A program made the translations under genes and the position numbers. 45,815 bases of DNA from Folioceros fuciformis. Lineage: Eukaryota. Below, piece after piece: positions 31,536 to 44,499 of the stretch. The notes below the pieces were generated by a model, which worked only from the letters and a program-made list of their open reading frames with translations, made no database searches and was not told where the DNA came from. Where the stretch lies: contig JBNGIO010006178.1 of the NCBI GenBank assembly GCA_049999805.1, positions 114,240 to 160,054 on the forward strand, given 5' to 3'. Numbering within the stretch: the first letter of the stretch is position 1; each line of letters begins with the position of its first letter.

Positions 31536-34500
31536 TCACCTCACATTTAATTTAGCTCCGTACACCTCACCCACCGCACTCTGGAGACAAGATCTTGTCA
31601 GCATGTTCAACATAGAACAATGTGAATATTTCCATCACCAGGAAACTACAGTAATACCTGCACAGCTGTTGCTGCTTGGTCATGAACAGCCTCCCATAAC
31701 TTACTTTTGCTAGCGAGCCTGCATCCACCAACAAGATTTCAGGTGATTGAATCAGACAGAAACGGCAAGCAAGGTACTGCGGGTCTTGAACCTTTTGACT
31801 AGTCGGAGCACAGTGTGCAATTCCTCCAAATCTTGCTGAGCTTGATCTTGTGAGTACTGCTTGACCCATTCTGAAAATAGGTCTAACAAGATCTCCGACT
31901 GCTCTGTGCCCTGTTCCCCTGAAGATTCGCAGGAAAGGTAGGAAACTAGTGACAGCAGGATGCCTGATAAACGGTTTTGACCTTCACGGTGTTGTGATGC
32001 AAGAAAACGTAGCATAGCTGAGCTCACAACAATGTCATCTTCGAATATAAGGACCCACTTAGGAGGTTGGCCATGCCACAATCCAATCATCGGACATGAA
32101 TTGGGGGACACGCACTTCACGGATTCTCTAGGTCCCTTCGCCTTTTCATCGACGTCGGTATTTTCTTGGTGATATTCGGTACACTTTAGATTACTCGTCT
32201 CAGGGTCCCTTAGAGGCGCTGGCGCTTGACGTGCAGGTAGTATTTCCATAAGCTCCTGTTTGACATCCTCTGGCAGCTCATTGAGAACATCTTTGTCCAC
32301 TTGTGTATATGACAATGGCACAAACTGACCACGGTCTTTTGAAGAGGCTATTTGAGCCCTTGTTCCCCTTTCAACATGCGGAAAATTCATGGGCCTTGAC
32401 ACAGACAAATTTCCTACAACCTTCATAGCAAGAGGTCAAGCCTTAGATTTGCAGCGAAGGATGCTTGTAAACTGGAATGAGGGACGTCTCCATACGAATA
32501 CCTGAGCGATTCTAGCGCCCTTGTGCTTTTCCGCTGCCTTCTTCCGACTTCTGGCTGTTCCACTTGATCTAACACGCCCACACATGGTGATAAGAAAATG
32601 TTTGTTCCTACTCAGTTTGCTAAGCGCTAGAATTATTGTGCTCATGCTAAGTTAACATCATCACCTTTTGACATTTGAAGCATCAGCTCTATGTACTGTG
32701 TCTGCGCCTTGAACAGATAGCCTTTTGTATTCAAATTCCAACTCGCGCCTTAGTGCCAAGGGTAGAGCTCCCATAACAGAATGATCCAACTGCAGCAGCA
32801 AGATCACAATGCCAAGAATGACAACAGGTTGATCATCACAAAGCTGAACCACAACAACGTTCAACACACTTTACCTGTGATGGCGGAGGCAAGGCCTCTA
32901 CTCTCCCAGTATCCTCTGCCCTCGCACTATTCCTCTGCAAGTTCTGATGACTTTCCTGAACCCTATGTTCAGCGCATACTGGAGGCTGCTCAGGAAGTCT
33001 CCTTACCAGGGCACCTCCAGAGTCCTTGGAACCTAATACTACTGCTGTGGTAGTAGTTACCTCCAGTCTTGACGAAGGAGAATTTGAAACGTAAGCATCA
33101 CAGGACATATCCTCTCTTCTAGAGAATGCTTTACTACTCGTCGATCCCAGCTCTTTGGTATAAGCTTCTTGGATCTCTGAAAGGATTTCTGGCGGTAGAC
33201 AGGCAAGAACTGTGCGATCAAGCTCTGATACCGGTGGTAAATTTAGCACCTTAATAGGCTCGTTGACCATTGGCATAAGTTCAATGTCTTCCTCGGCTAA
33301 TGCTGTTCCCTTCATCTTTGGGCTTCGATGCGGATGATTCACAATCGCGCTATGAGCATCCCCATTTGCTGTGTGTATACCTTCACTTCTGGTTTCCGAT
33401 GTATTGTGGGCTTGTAGCCATGACTTCAATACTTTCTGACCCTGACCTCCTGTATTCACAACCAGATGTGACGCCAAGATGTCCACAGAATGGGCCACAC
33501 TCTGCACTTGACATCCTTTAAACAAAATGACAAAGGGTTCACTCAGAGAGGGAATACTTTCACCTTTGGAAGGGTGTCCCGGCTTTCCTTGTTCCAACCT
33601 AGACACCTGAAGGCCTACTCCTCTCACATCACAAACATCTGCAGCCCATAGTTGATAAGAAATATTGAAAACAATGCCACACGCACTTGTCTGATGAAAA
33701 AATATAATACCAAGATTCAGAGATGCAAATAATTGTTGGCTAGCTCGGAGAAGTACGTCTGCACTATCTGTTGCTGAAGCCACCTGTGCAGAAAATAGAA
33801 AGTGGGAATTTGAAAGGCAGCCTCTCCAAACGTGCAGATCATAAGGGATCAGAAGATCTAACACTGTTAATATCAGTGGACCACGTACCGTGGCTGAGCG
33901 ACTCATGCTGTCACATATTCCACAACCCATAAACTTTGTAGGCTCCCCAACACCTTCCTTCCGCCGTTTGACCTACATTGCAGGCTGCTTGAGAGAGGGT
34001 TTCAAAGCTATACTGCATATCAGAACGACACAACATCAAATCAATCAAGCAGCATTCAAGTTAGTCCTTGTACCTTCAAGGTGAATGTGCGACCCAATGA
34101 ACCGGCCTTCTGTAAACGTTCAGACACTTCCTCACATAATGTAGTGAGAAACTGCTTGGCCTGCGCAGGTAGTCAGGCTTTAATAGCGGAGAATAGCATG
34201 AAACTGACAAACAAGAACCCAGAAGCTGCATCGAAAGTCAACATCATCGGCTGTAGGAAATAAATATCACAGGTCAGGAGCTGACATCTTGTTGGCAGGA
34301 GAATCTCACACCCCAATTCACCTCCGCTCCTATAGACTTCCGTTCCTGTCAGACATAAATCAAGAGGAATGAGTTACTCGCAACCAACTATGACAAATAG
34401 AATAATGTAAGCCAGCACCTGTGGTTGTTGAACTTGACGCTCATCTATGCCACGAGAATAGGACCACAGAGTGCTGCCGGTCTTTGCCCCAAGTTCCCTT

Positions 34501-37500
34501 TGCAGAGATTCCTATGACATCAAGTTTTCCACATAAGATTTCTCCTTCCAAGTTTTTGTGGAAGTGCAACTAAACCATCTTGCGTGGATGCAGAATGCTG
34601 CCATGTCAGACACCAATCGTGTAGATTTACCTTGGATGAGGCCTGCAGTTGACGACAGTTTGCAATACCCATTCCCTTCAACTTTTCTTCCAGAGCTCCC
34701 CCTACCCCAGGCAGGTCTCCCACAGGAAGGTTGGCCATGAACAGCTCAACCTGCATGATCGGGCACTGAGCATCGGGTGGGACAAAAACCGCCTTGCACC
34801 TATGGGAAACAAGCTGAACAGAGCTCTGCTGCAGTATACCTGATCAGGAAATATGCGATACTGCCCATTTGGTTTTGCTTTGGATGTTGCCAGCCGTGCC
34901 AGCAATTTGTTACCCCCAATACCGGCACTAGCTGGGCATTTAGTTGCTGAGAAAACCTCCTGCCTTATGGCAGCCGCAATGGCACCAGGATCACCCAAGC
35001 CAGTGACATCCAAGTATGCCTCGTCACAGCTGACAGCCTGCTATCACATTTCAACTTGTCACAAGGATCCGTTCACAGGTAACTAGGTTATAAAATGACA
35101 TATACAGCCACATTACCTGAATGTTATTAGAGTGTTGATGTAGTATGCGATAGAACTGCTCTGCAACCTGAAGCAAGTTCAGGATTCATGAGTATCAGTC
35201 ACAATAGTGAGGCTGGTCAAGCTGGGCCAGTATCAGGAAGGTCATGTTCTGCAGTCTTAAAACCTGCTCGTAACCTTCAAAATCGTAAGGCACAATTTCA
35301 AGATGTGGACATCTGGCTTTGGCAGTCTTCACAAACATTCCAGCTGCAATCCCTGTGAGACATTATCATTCATGAGAAAGCTGTTGGCTAGTAATGGCAG
35401 AAGGATAAGGCGCAGGGCCCTCACTCAAACTTTTTGCTAAGAATATCTAGATTTGCACAGACCAAAGGCCCGAGCAGGATAGTTTGCGGATGATATTTCA
35501 GCTGTCCCCTGAGCACTATCAGAATGACATACAGCCACGGGCTTTCCACTCAATTCAGGTCGATTTCGGATCACCACTGATACGAAGAAACAGTCCTGCA
35601 TTGGCAAGCAGGAATCACCGTAAGAAATGAAGACGGTGTAGTCATCAAGACTGCATGAGTTCTGGTAGCTGCCTGTACCATGTCAATGTGTACAATCGCG
35701 GAATTCGCCAATTGATGAGTAGAACTACTTGGCTCTTTCACTGCCTGATGCACTATATCCCCAAACAATTGCTTGTAGCGGTCTCGCCAAGTTCCAATGA
35801 AGTGAAGTCTTGAGAACTGCAGGCAAACATTAACACTGCTGTTGAAACAGGAACTCAGTACATTTCTATGACTACGTTGACATTCAGGACTGTCGATATC
35901 AAACTCATATGAAAGAATAAGACACTTGCCTTGTAATAATTCTGAACAAACTTGGGATCGCCCAAAGTTGAATGTGAACGGGGACCCCTGTGAGAGTTTT
36001 CTTTGGTTCCCAATCCATCATCTACAAGCTTCCTCTTTACCAAGTCTTCTGTGCTTTCAGCTGCAAGATTTGGTGCAGCACTGTCTTCCACAGAGGAGAT
36101 CCCCTTCTCTTCTTGAATGTCCATTTGAGGTGCACCACATGCCAGATAAGTTTTTCCCTCAAGCACATCCTTAGGCAGATGGTATTCCTCCTCCTCCTGA
36201 TCCTCCATAACATGCTGAATTTCTTCAATGTGCAAATCCATATCGTCTAGGAGTTCAAAACCCTCATCGTTATCAGGTTTATCAGTACTGTCACGGGGCT
36301 CGTCAGATCCTTCATGTGCTTCAGACACACGCAGGAGCTCCATATGACTGGAGTCTTTGAGGCCTTCACAGTTCTTAGAAGGGAGGAATGAAGTAGGGAG
36401 TGTCCGCTGATGAGGGTGCTGATATGCAATGCGCTCCAATTCATGACCAGCAACTAGAAACACAAAAATTATTTCAAACTTCCTCCATAGAGTTTGACAC
36501 AATGTAGCTGAGCGCTAACAAAAACTCGTTTTCAAACATGTGATGATCGGCTCTAGCATCATACAAACGTATGCAAGCACGTGATGGAGTCCCACTTACA
36601 AGGAAGGAGTTTCCCAGCCTTGATGCTGTCGAGTATCCAGCTGGGTTTCAAAATAGGCAGCCCTCTGCTCAGTAACCTACACGCGACCAGAGAAAAGCAC
36701 ATCAACTGGGTGAAAAAGGAAAGCAGATCGCTGCCCAACTAGTCCAGAATGCAGTCACCCACTTGGGATCCTTTATCTTGCTATCGGGCAGGGTGCTGCA
36801 GATGACATGAGTCACTCGTGACCTTGAAAAATAATTCTCAAACACTCCCCCATGTAGGAGCATAAGGTGCCGCAGTTCCTGACAAGAGCCCAAAACACGA
36901 TCATCGAAGCCCAGATGGACGACGAAATAACCAAAGTATTCTTACAAACGGCGAGAAGCAGAAAGCTGCCTGATGGGAAGGGATGGTGAATCCATCCACA
37001 TAAATCGAAACTCCCGCAAACAAGCTTCTGAAAGCACCCGAAGCTTGCCCGTTCGCAGGGCTCTGGAGAGAATGCCGGGCTGCCACAACAGAATTTGGGC
37101 CACTGCATGTCCAGACCAATGCCTGCATGAGAAAACACCTCTCCAGCATCCTCTGCGTTTCTTCACAAAATTCAACGCACCTTAACAAGCTGTTGCATGC
37201 GTCCACATCAAACTGCCCCCGTAGCTTCCGAATCTTCTCGGACATATATCTAACATCAATGACAGGAGTTAGCAAGTAGCAACAATTCTTCCAACATTTC
37301 TCCCCACAAATTCACCAGGACCGAAGCCGAACCTGTCAAAATCCCCAAACCCAATCTCATCATCCTTTCTGGGCTTGCGCTGGGCGGCGGTGGCAGCTCG
37401 GGAAGGTCCCCAAGCCATTCCTCCACCTTGTCTGGCCTTATGCGTAGCCTCATCCTCCTGCCCATGTTCGTCGTCCACCTTCCTCTTCCGTGACGCAGAA

Positions 37501-37508
37501 TTTGCCAT
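31536..37508 (-). CDS. REV1: REV1 Y-family translesion polymerase / dCMP transferase, many exons
   Basis: YMSEKIRKL; BRCT (FAGVSIYVDGFTIPSHQ, LHGGVFENYFSRSRVTHVIC, KPSWILDSIKAG); HSTLGDPKFVQNYYK|FSRLHFIGTWR; VHIDM|DCFFVSV; AEISSANYPARAFG; AVSCDEAYLDV; KSIGAEVNWGVRF; GCGICD; UBM-like LPPEILSEI and LPEDVKQEL; C-terminus VYGAKLNVR*. Confidence 0.95.
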
Positions 37509-38079
37509 ACTAAATCCCAGACACGAGAAATCCAACCATGCTAGTGCCCGACCCAAACGTTACCGTCCCCGAAGAATTTTGCAAATTCGAAAAATCAAAG
37601 TCTAGAATAACTGATGGTACATGTCCACTCCTGTTTCAGCACAGCCTTGTGGACATGCAGACCGAAACGTTGCCAAACAGGTTCCTCCAGACGGCAAGGC
37701 AACTGGAAAGCGTTTTCCTTCTCAAAGGCAGCCATTGAGTTCACGAGTCACAGAGTGTTCGAGCTGGGCGGCAAGGATATGAGCTGATCGCAGTGTACGA
37801 GCTCACCTCGATTACAGCATGGCCGGTGAGGCTGGAGATGGATTGCCGGTGAAATTTAGGTTTCCGTGACACATCCAGGTCTCATCCCCAGCTAGTAGCC
37901 TGCACGACGTTAGCCTGGGATTGGGTAAATTGCCAATTTAGAAGTCCTGATGTGCCCAGCTTTAGTGGCTACATGTTGCCGAGACCCAAGGGTTCTGGCA
38001 TAGTGTATTTGAACAGCGGATTGCAGAGAAATGTCACCAGAAGTCCTCTTGCTCCGAGAACGATTGAAAAGTTGGCGTC

Positions 38080-38700
38080 ATGGCGAAGAAGCGCAAACTG
38101 GAAGACGCAGACAGAACGGCTTGTCTGGAAGGAATAGTAGTCCGGAAGGATAGTAGACCTAAACAGGCCGTTGAAACGCCGTCCTTGGCCGACTCATCAA
38201 CGTTTGCTCCTGGTAATGAACATATATCAACTAGTTCGAGCCGGGGCTTGCCGGAGGCGGGACAAGAGCCGAGCCGTCGGCCACAGGCTTGTGAGCTGGA
38301 TGGAGCCAGTGATGAGCCGTATGGAAGACGGAAGAAGAAGGCTAAGGTGCATCAGGAACATGTCCATGAGGTGACAGAGGTGGACAGGGCGTGGGTCGAG
38401 TCCCTGTCAGGCCGCAGGCTCGACCTCATCATCGCCATCAAGAAGGTGGCGCTGCAGAGGTTTCGGACCTGCGGTGACGACGCTTACGCGGGTGTGCTGG
38501 GACCCAGAGCGTTGCGGTTGCTGGAGATTGTTTTGGAGGAGTTCATCAGCGACCAGCTGAGTGAGGTGGATGGAGCGGCACCCGCAGTCGAGGAACCAAG
38601 GGCAGGAGAGGATGGATGTGAGGAAGAGGTGCAGGGGCCTGAGCAGGAGACTGGCGAGGAGATGGAACCGAACTCCCGCGAGGACGAAGGGCCCAAGTGA
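38080..38700 (+). CDS. Uncharacterised 206-aa intronless protein with basic NLS-like motifs, a helical core and an acidic tail
   Basis: ATG-initiated ORF; MAKKRK and RRKKKAK; core WVESLSGRRLDLIIAIKKVALQR...ALRLLEIVLEE resembles, from memory, a conserved uncharacterised plant motif. Confidence 0.6.
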   Translation: MAKKRKLEDADRTACLEGIVVRKDSRPKQAVETPSLADSSTFAPGNEHISTSSSRGLPEAGQEPSRRPQACELDGASDEPYGRRKKKAKVHQEHVHEVTEVDRAWVESLSGRRLDLIIAIKKVALQRFRTCGDDAYAGVLGPRALRLLEIVLEEFISDQLSEVDGAAPAVEEPRAGEDGCEEEVQGPEQETGEEMEPNSREDEGPK

Positions 38701-39829
38701 CCTGGAGGGCCTCTTCGGCCGATTTGGTTGAACACTCTGTTATGCCAGCCTGAACAGGCTGACGGAGGGTAGCGCGGGTGGGTATGGCACTATTGCCGGC
38801 ACATGAATCGTGGCGGGTCTGCGCAAGGGTGTCGTAGCTGCAATATCTGGTTGCGGCTCTGTGGCGCAGTAGGCCATTAGCTGGCACAACCCCGGTGGTT
38901 GCTGGGAGAGGGGGTTTGTGACATGGAGTCCGGACATGCTTATGTGTGATCAGCTGTGCCGGACATTGGTCGAATGACTGTCAGCAGGAAGCGGGATCGG
39001 AATGGCACAGATCGTTTTGGATTCAGGAAAATGCCACGGAATCCTCAGTACAACTGGCCCCGTTGCGTCTGGGGACAGCTGCAAAGGCTTAGAGGGGCCC
39101 TGGAGAGCGATGTCGGAATTCCTGGCTTTGTTCTGTTGCTCTTTGCTTCATCATGGTGGAAGCATCCCATATACGTGGCTGCAGGAAACAACCAACACTT
39201 GAAGCCCATCTCCGCCGTGGGCCCTGTCGGTGGTCGCATGGTAAGTCGTGTAGCAGTGCATATCACTGAAGGGTCGCCATTGCTCATGTGTGACACCCTG
39301 ACTAAGGCGGTTGCCCCGGCATGCTTGGCAGATGCTGTCCGGAAGAGAAGAGATGTGAGCTCGCCATTTTCCGCTTCCCTCACCGCGGAAATTTTTTGCC
39401 TCGTTCGCCGGGGATCATCTGCCGGAAGATGACAGCAGGTACCCGTCCTACCGTACAGGGTGTTTGGGCTCGAAGGGCTTTACTGACATTGGGATGCCAT
39501 CCTCTTTTGGAAGGCTGATGTCCACCGGCATGGCTCGGGAACGTCAAAGATTTAAGAGAGTTGTAGGAAGGAGGTGCTGCTGGAGGTCCCTTCGAGATTT
39601 GGACTTCAGTTACCTTGTGGATGGCCCGGCTCCCTTCGTTTTGTCTACTACCACCTGACGAAAATACAAAATATATTTTAATACCCTGAATTTATTCTAA
39701 TACGTCAAATGGTATGCCATACTCGTCATAGTCAGGTCCGTCCGATGCACATCGAATCCGTAATGGTAACTGTCGCTTTTCACACTGGTAGACCCTCGAC
39801 TTTGTTCGCCCCTGTGGCATGTGGAATGA

Positions 39830-41584
39830 ATGGAGCGGGAGGGCGAAGAGAAGCTCACAGAGTACGAGCTCCAGCGGCTGAAGCGGATACAGGAGAATAA
39901 TGCTGTGCTCACTGCCCTGGATTTGCACCCACCGAGCGGGCCGTCCTCGTCTTCTCCACCCGTGAAGAAGGGCAAGAATGCCGCTAAACGAGCGTTGCCG
40001 GGAGGCCCACCCAGGCGATCAGCCAGGCTGTGCACCGCGGACGGGGCCCGCAAGGTATTGAAGGATCTCAGTAGTAGCTCCGGTGACGATGAATCGCAAG
40101 AGTCGGACGGGGAGCCAGACCTGGTACCGCAGCGGGATGCTGAATACAGCCCGAGCGGCGACGAGCAGGATGAGGATGAGAGGGAGGAGGAGGAAGAAGA
40201 TGTAGGTGATGAGGAGGAGGAAGAGGTTGACGCCAACGTTAGACCGCAGGTAGTGGTTTGAGAGGCTTTTGGTTCTGGTCAGGTGGAGGTGGTCGGCTCC
40301 TGAACTGAAAGTCCACCCCTACCTTCCCCTGCAGAAGAGAAGACGTAATTCGGGAGCAAAAAAGGGAGGTGGTAAAACTGGGACAGCTCGTCGGCTATCC
40401 GGTGCTGCTAAGAAGCTGGGAGCAGTGAAAGATGCAGTGCCTAAGGTGAATTTCGCTGCGTATGTTCGATAAAATAGGATATCAAAATTTGAGTTTGCAG
40501 AGTTCGGAGTCTGCAGAGGGGTGGAGGGCGGTGGGGCAGTCGATGGTAGGGTGGCTAATGTACTGCTGCTGTACAAAGCGGAGTTGTTGAAGTCTTTCTC
40601 ACTGTTGTGGCTTGGTGCAGAGGAGACGGCGGTTGTCAGGAGGAAATATGCAAGAGGTCTCATCAAGAGGACCTTCTTCTGTTGCAACGTCGAGCCAGGT
40701 GACGGATGAGAGTGTGTTTGTGGATTCCGATGACGAGCTGCAAAAGGTGATTTCTCGTCACGTGATGTGGGGTACTGTTAACAGAAGTTGGTATGTCGCA
40801 CTTGCTTTCCAGTTCGGTTAGGGTAAGGATGGCTGAACTCTGGATGGGGCAATATAGAGGCTAAGGTGGATGTTGGTTTTGGCAGGCACTTGCCTTGTCA
40901 ATGGGAGAGACCATGTCTGAACTCAGCAAGGAATCAGCCGAGTCACTTCTGCCCAGTAGTAGCAGAAAAAGGGCCTCTCCACAAGATGGTCGGAAACCAA
41001 AGCAAAACAGGCAGATCAAGAAGGTAACGAAGTGGTGCACCTTGCTTTGATTTCATTCAATCTTTGTGCTTGGTCAGTCTTTTAAGTAAACCAGGGTTGC
41101 TGCCAGAAAAACGGAAATGATATCTTTTTAGGCGAGGACGAGGTCGTGAAGTACTTCTACGAACACTTTGATGGTAATTTTCATTTGCTCTAGAATGACT
41201 TTATGCTTATCCTGGTTGCGACTCCATAGCCGGACTCAAACCTCAATTGGATGTTGCAGACAGAATGACGGGGAACATCACCTTGGCAAGCTTGAAGCGA
41301 GCTGCTGAAGCGCATGATTTTACTTGGACAGATCAGGAGCTTGATGACATGATCAACCTCTTTAACAGTAATAAAGATAACAAGGTGGGCACCCTTTTCT
41401 GCCCCTGGTGCCCCAGTGGATGCATGTAGTGCGGTGGAGTCAGAGCCGCATGTTTTGTCTTTACACCTCTAATACGAAGCCTGTATTGCAGCTTAATCTT
41501 GAGGAATTCCGTAATATCACCATCAGATGCAATATGCTCCAGCCTGAGGGTGGTGATGCAGGAGGAAGTGATTCCGGGAAGTAG
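39830..41584 (+). CDS. EF-hand protein with N-terminal EYELQRLKRIQEN motif, acidic tract, UIM-like motif and centrin-like C-lobe
   Basis: LTEYELQRLKRIQENNAVL; DSDDELQK|ALALSMG (UIM-like); D|DRMTGNITLASLKRAAEAHDFTWTDQELDDMINLFNSNKDNK|LNLEEF; stop at 41582-41584. Confidence 0.82.
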
Positions 41585-42811
41585 GGAGTGTCCGCCTCCG
41601 CTAATCCCTCATGGATCTTCACTGCGGAGCGGTCAACACCCACGGCACGGCGTCTGTTGATGATTATTTGGGAAGGTGTTCACTGATGGTGCCAAGCACT
41701 GTCCGTGTCCAGCAGCACCTTCACTTTGGTGCAGCTGTCTGGTTGCGCTCCCTCACGGAGGGTGGGGCTTTGTGTTGAAACATGTGAGCGTAGTTCCCAG
41801 TGCCTGAGAGCCCTCGTGTTTACTTTTTGCTGTGGGTGGGCTGCGTCCCGAGGGTGGGCACCGTGGGTTTGTATCCCAAGGGAGGCAGCGGCCGGTTGTG
41901 GGCCGGGCAGGGACTGCTGCTGCACTCCGTCCTAAAAACCTTTAGCCCTCCGCCTCAGATTTGATGCTAGAAGCCTTGTATGTGCCATTGTGCAACGATG
42001 GTTACCGCGATAAAGCGCGGTGTGTTTCTCATTATCCTCTCCTAAAGCCTTGCTCTACATCTGTAGCTCCTTGGCAATGCCGCTGCTCCGGCGCGCGAGA
42101 ACGTTCGGCACATGTGCCATGTTCTGGCGGCCACTGTTCCCGGTGGGCTTGAGGCTCGCAAAAACATAATGTCCGTAGCTGTGCCCCAAGATGCCCACAC
42201 CGACATAGGCAAGGCTATGCACATCCCGAAGCCCAAGTGACGGTACACAAGCACCAGACAAAAGACACAACGAAATCCCAGAACGCGAAAAAAGATGCTC
42301 GAAGTAGGGCATCCGATGCACAGTGGCTTGCTCGACCGGGACCCCAATCCGACGACGCCAAGGAAGCTTGCTGAATCTCCGACCCAATTTCCACAAATCC
42401 AGAGCATCTTAACCCCCTGCTACAGCCACCTCCAAATTAGCCAGACTTGGCCAGACTTAGTGCACTGGGTCTCTCTCGTGAGGGCGAATGCGAAGACGAG
42501 CAAAGCGGCGGGACCTAAATTTGGCAAATCGAGGAAGGCGGAAGCTTCGAATGTTGGATCGATCCACGACTGGTCCGTGCAGACTCAGCCGAGCCGGGTC
42601 TGGTCGACTCCGTGTTTACTCCGTACCCGGATCAGTCGGCAGCGTGGTGCGGAGAAAGGCTCTCGGGGGCCTTTAAAAACTACTGCGCGTGCCTCCATCT
42701 GGCGAGCTCCCCCTTGGCCTAAGACCTTGTATCAGTCAAAAAAGCTTTTCTAAGCAGTTCTTTTGCTTGCCATGAAGGGATTCAGCATTTGCAGCCGGCC
42801 GATGTGCAGCG

Positions 42812-43546
42812 ATGACGGACGCAGGAGGGAGCGAGAGCGGGAGCGGCATTGAAGGCGCGGCGAAGGGAAAGGGCGAAGGGGGAGGAGCAGGTCGTGCGGT
42901 GTGGCGCACCATCATGTTCGGCTCCTGCCTCAGCGTCGCGGTAGCGGACGCACCGAAGCGCACGGGCGGGGAGTCTGCGGACTCGGGAGAGAGCGAGGTG
43001 AGGGTGAAGTCGGAGGAGAAGAGGCCAGTGGTGACCATCCTGATGCGGGATGGACAGGTGCTGGAGTTCCCGCGGAGACTGAAGTGCGCGGACCTGCTGG
43101 TTCGGTATCCGCACCACGCGGTCTGTCAGGCTAGCGCGCTGGTGATGCGGCAGAAAGGGAAGGTGCTGCGTGGAGACGCCTACTTGGAGCGGGGAGGCTT
43201 GTATTTCCTAATTCCGAAGCCGGCGAGGCGGGCCAAGAAGACTGATTTGTCTGAGGATTCCTCCGAACCGGATGCCGCGCCTGCTGCTACCGACGGATCT
43301 GGTAGCTCGCAAGGCCCCGTGCCGTCGCTCAAGTTTGTCATCTCTAAGCAGTATCTCGCACAAATAGTTGCGGAGGCCAAGTCGGGAAGCGTTTTGCTGC
43401 ATTCTCCCTCGAGGAGATCAAGCGAGGCCGCACCAGCCAAGCCACATGTTTACAAGCCCAGGCCGAAACCGGTCGTGGTGAAGCGAGCGAGATCTGTGCG
43501 GAATCAGTGGTCAGGTCCTCTGGATACCATTGTGGAGGCGACATGA
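42812..43546 (+). CDS. PADRE / DUF4228 domain protein, intronless
   Basis: ILMRDGQVLEF...ADLLVRYPHHAVC...LERGGLYFLIP, LKFVISKQYLAQI, C-terminal WSGPLDTIVE motif. Confidence 0.88.
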   Translation: MTDAGGSESGSGIEGAAKGKGEGGGAGRAVWRTIMFGSCLSVAVADAPKRTGGESADSGESEVRVKSEEKRPVVTILMRDGQVLEFPRRLKCADLLVRYPHHAVCQASALVMRQKGKVLRGDAYLERGGLYFLIPKPARRAKKTDLSEDSSEPDAAPAATDGSGSSQGPVPSLKFVISKQYLAQIVAEAKSGSVLLHSPSRRSSEAAPAKPHVYKPRPKPVVVKRARSVRNQWSGPLDTIVEAT

Positions 43547-44499
43547 CATGACTGCAGATTTCAGAAGCTTGGAGTGGCAACGACCTTCACTAGTACAGAG
43601 TACAGACTATGCATTCTGCATGCTGGTTTCCAGAGGGCGGCATGTGCAGAATTTTGATGGATACATCATTGCACACTGGATGCTTCCCAGCACCACCGAT
43701 TCTCCGAGAAACTGGTTCCTTGCTCCAGAATCGCATCAATCGTATGGATGAGCACGAGGAGGTGTCATCAACGGTCAGCCTTGTCAACCAATTTGAGCCT
43801 TCAGGGAATGAGGGAATGGCTCTGAACTGCTCTATTTACGCTCGGAGAGCTAGTACTCCAAGATTGTGCTTCCAATCTGACATCGCCTCCCGATTGTAAG
43901 GCCCGCTCCTTCCGGTGAAGCAGATTGTATGGAAGAGTCCGGACGCAGGCAGTACATGTACGGGAAGGTTTGTCGACAAAGTTTGATTTGAGAGGATATA
44001 TTTTCACCCTCCCAATGCCGCATTTATTGCCTGCTGCAGGCACCTCTCCACGGTGCCGCACTACGAAGACCTACGGGACGCAGCGCTCCAGTGTACTTTC
44101 GCCTTTAGCTTTCGTCTATACCCTGTTTGGAGAACACTGTGGCCAATTGAGAGCCCTACGTGTCATCTCTCTTCTCAAAATACACTAAATAAAGCATGGC
44201 CGCAGGCAATCTTTTGTCAGGGTCCCTCATCCCCACACCATCTGATACAGCGCCCCTTCCGCTCCAGAAACCAACTGAACCAGTCATAAAAAGGAGAGTT
44301 TACAGAGCTAATGCTCACCAACGGAAACGTAACACGTGCACCAATGCCCACACCTTTGGGGCACAACACCCCGCCGAGCAACGAGGGCATGATTTAACAA
44401 AACAAACTTTCGACGCTTTGCTGTCTTAGAAAAAGAAATGGGAAAATCCACATAAAGAGGAAGATAAATCACCAACGATCTACCATTGGAGTTGTTGAT

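Noticed and set aside
38750-39700. ORFs of 60-160 aa between the orphan ORF and the EF-hand gene
   Set aside because: Mostly non-ATG starts and no recognisable motifs; probably UTR or intergenic.
31536-41584. REV1 plus EF-hand/centrin-like gene as a DNA-repair cluster
   Set aside because: No evidence beyond adjacency.
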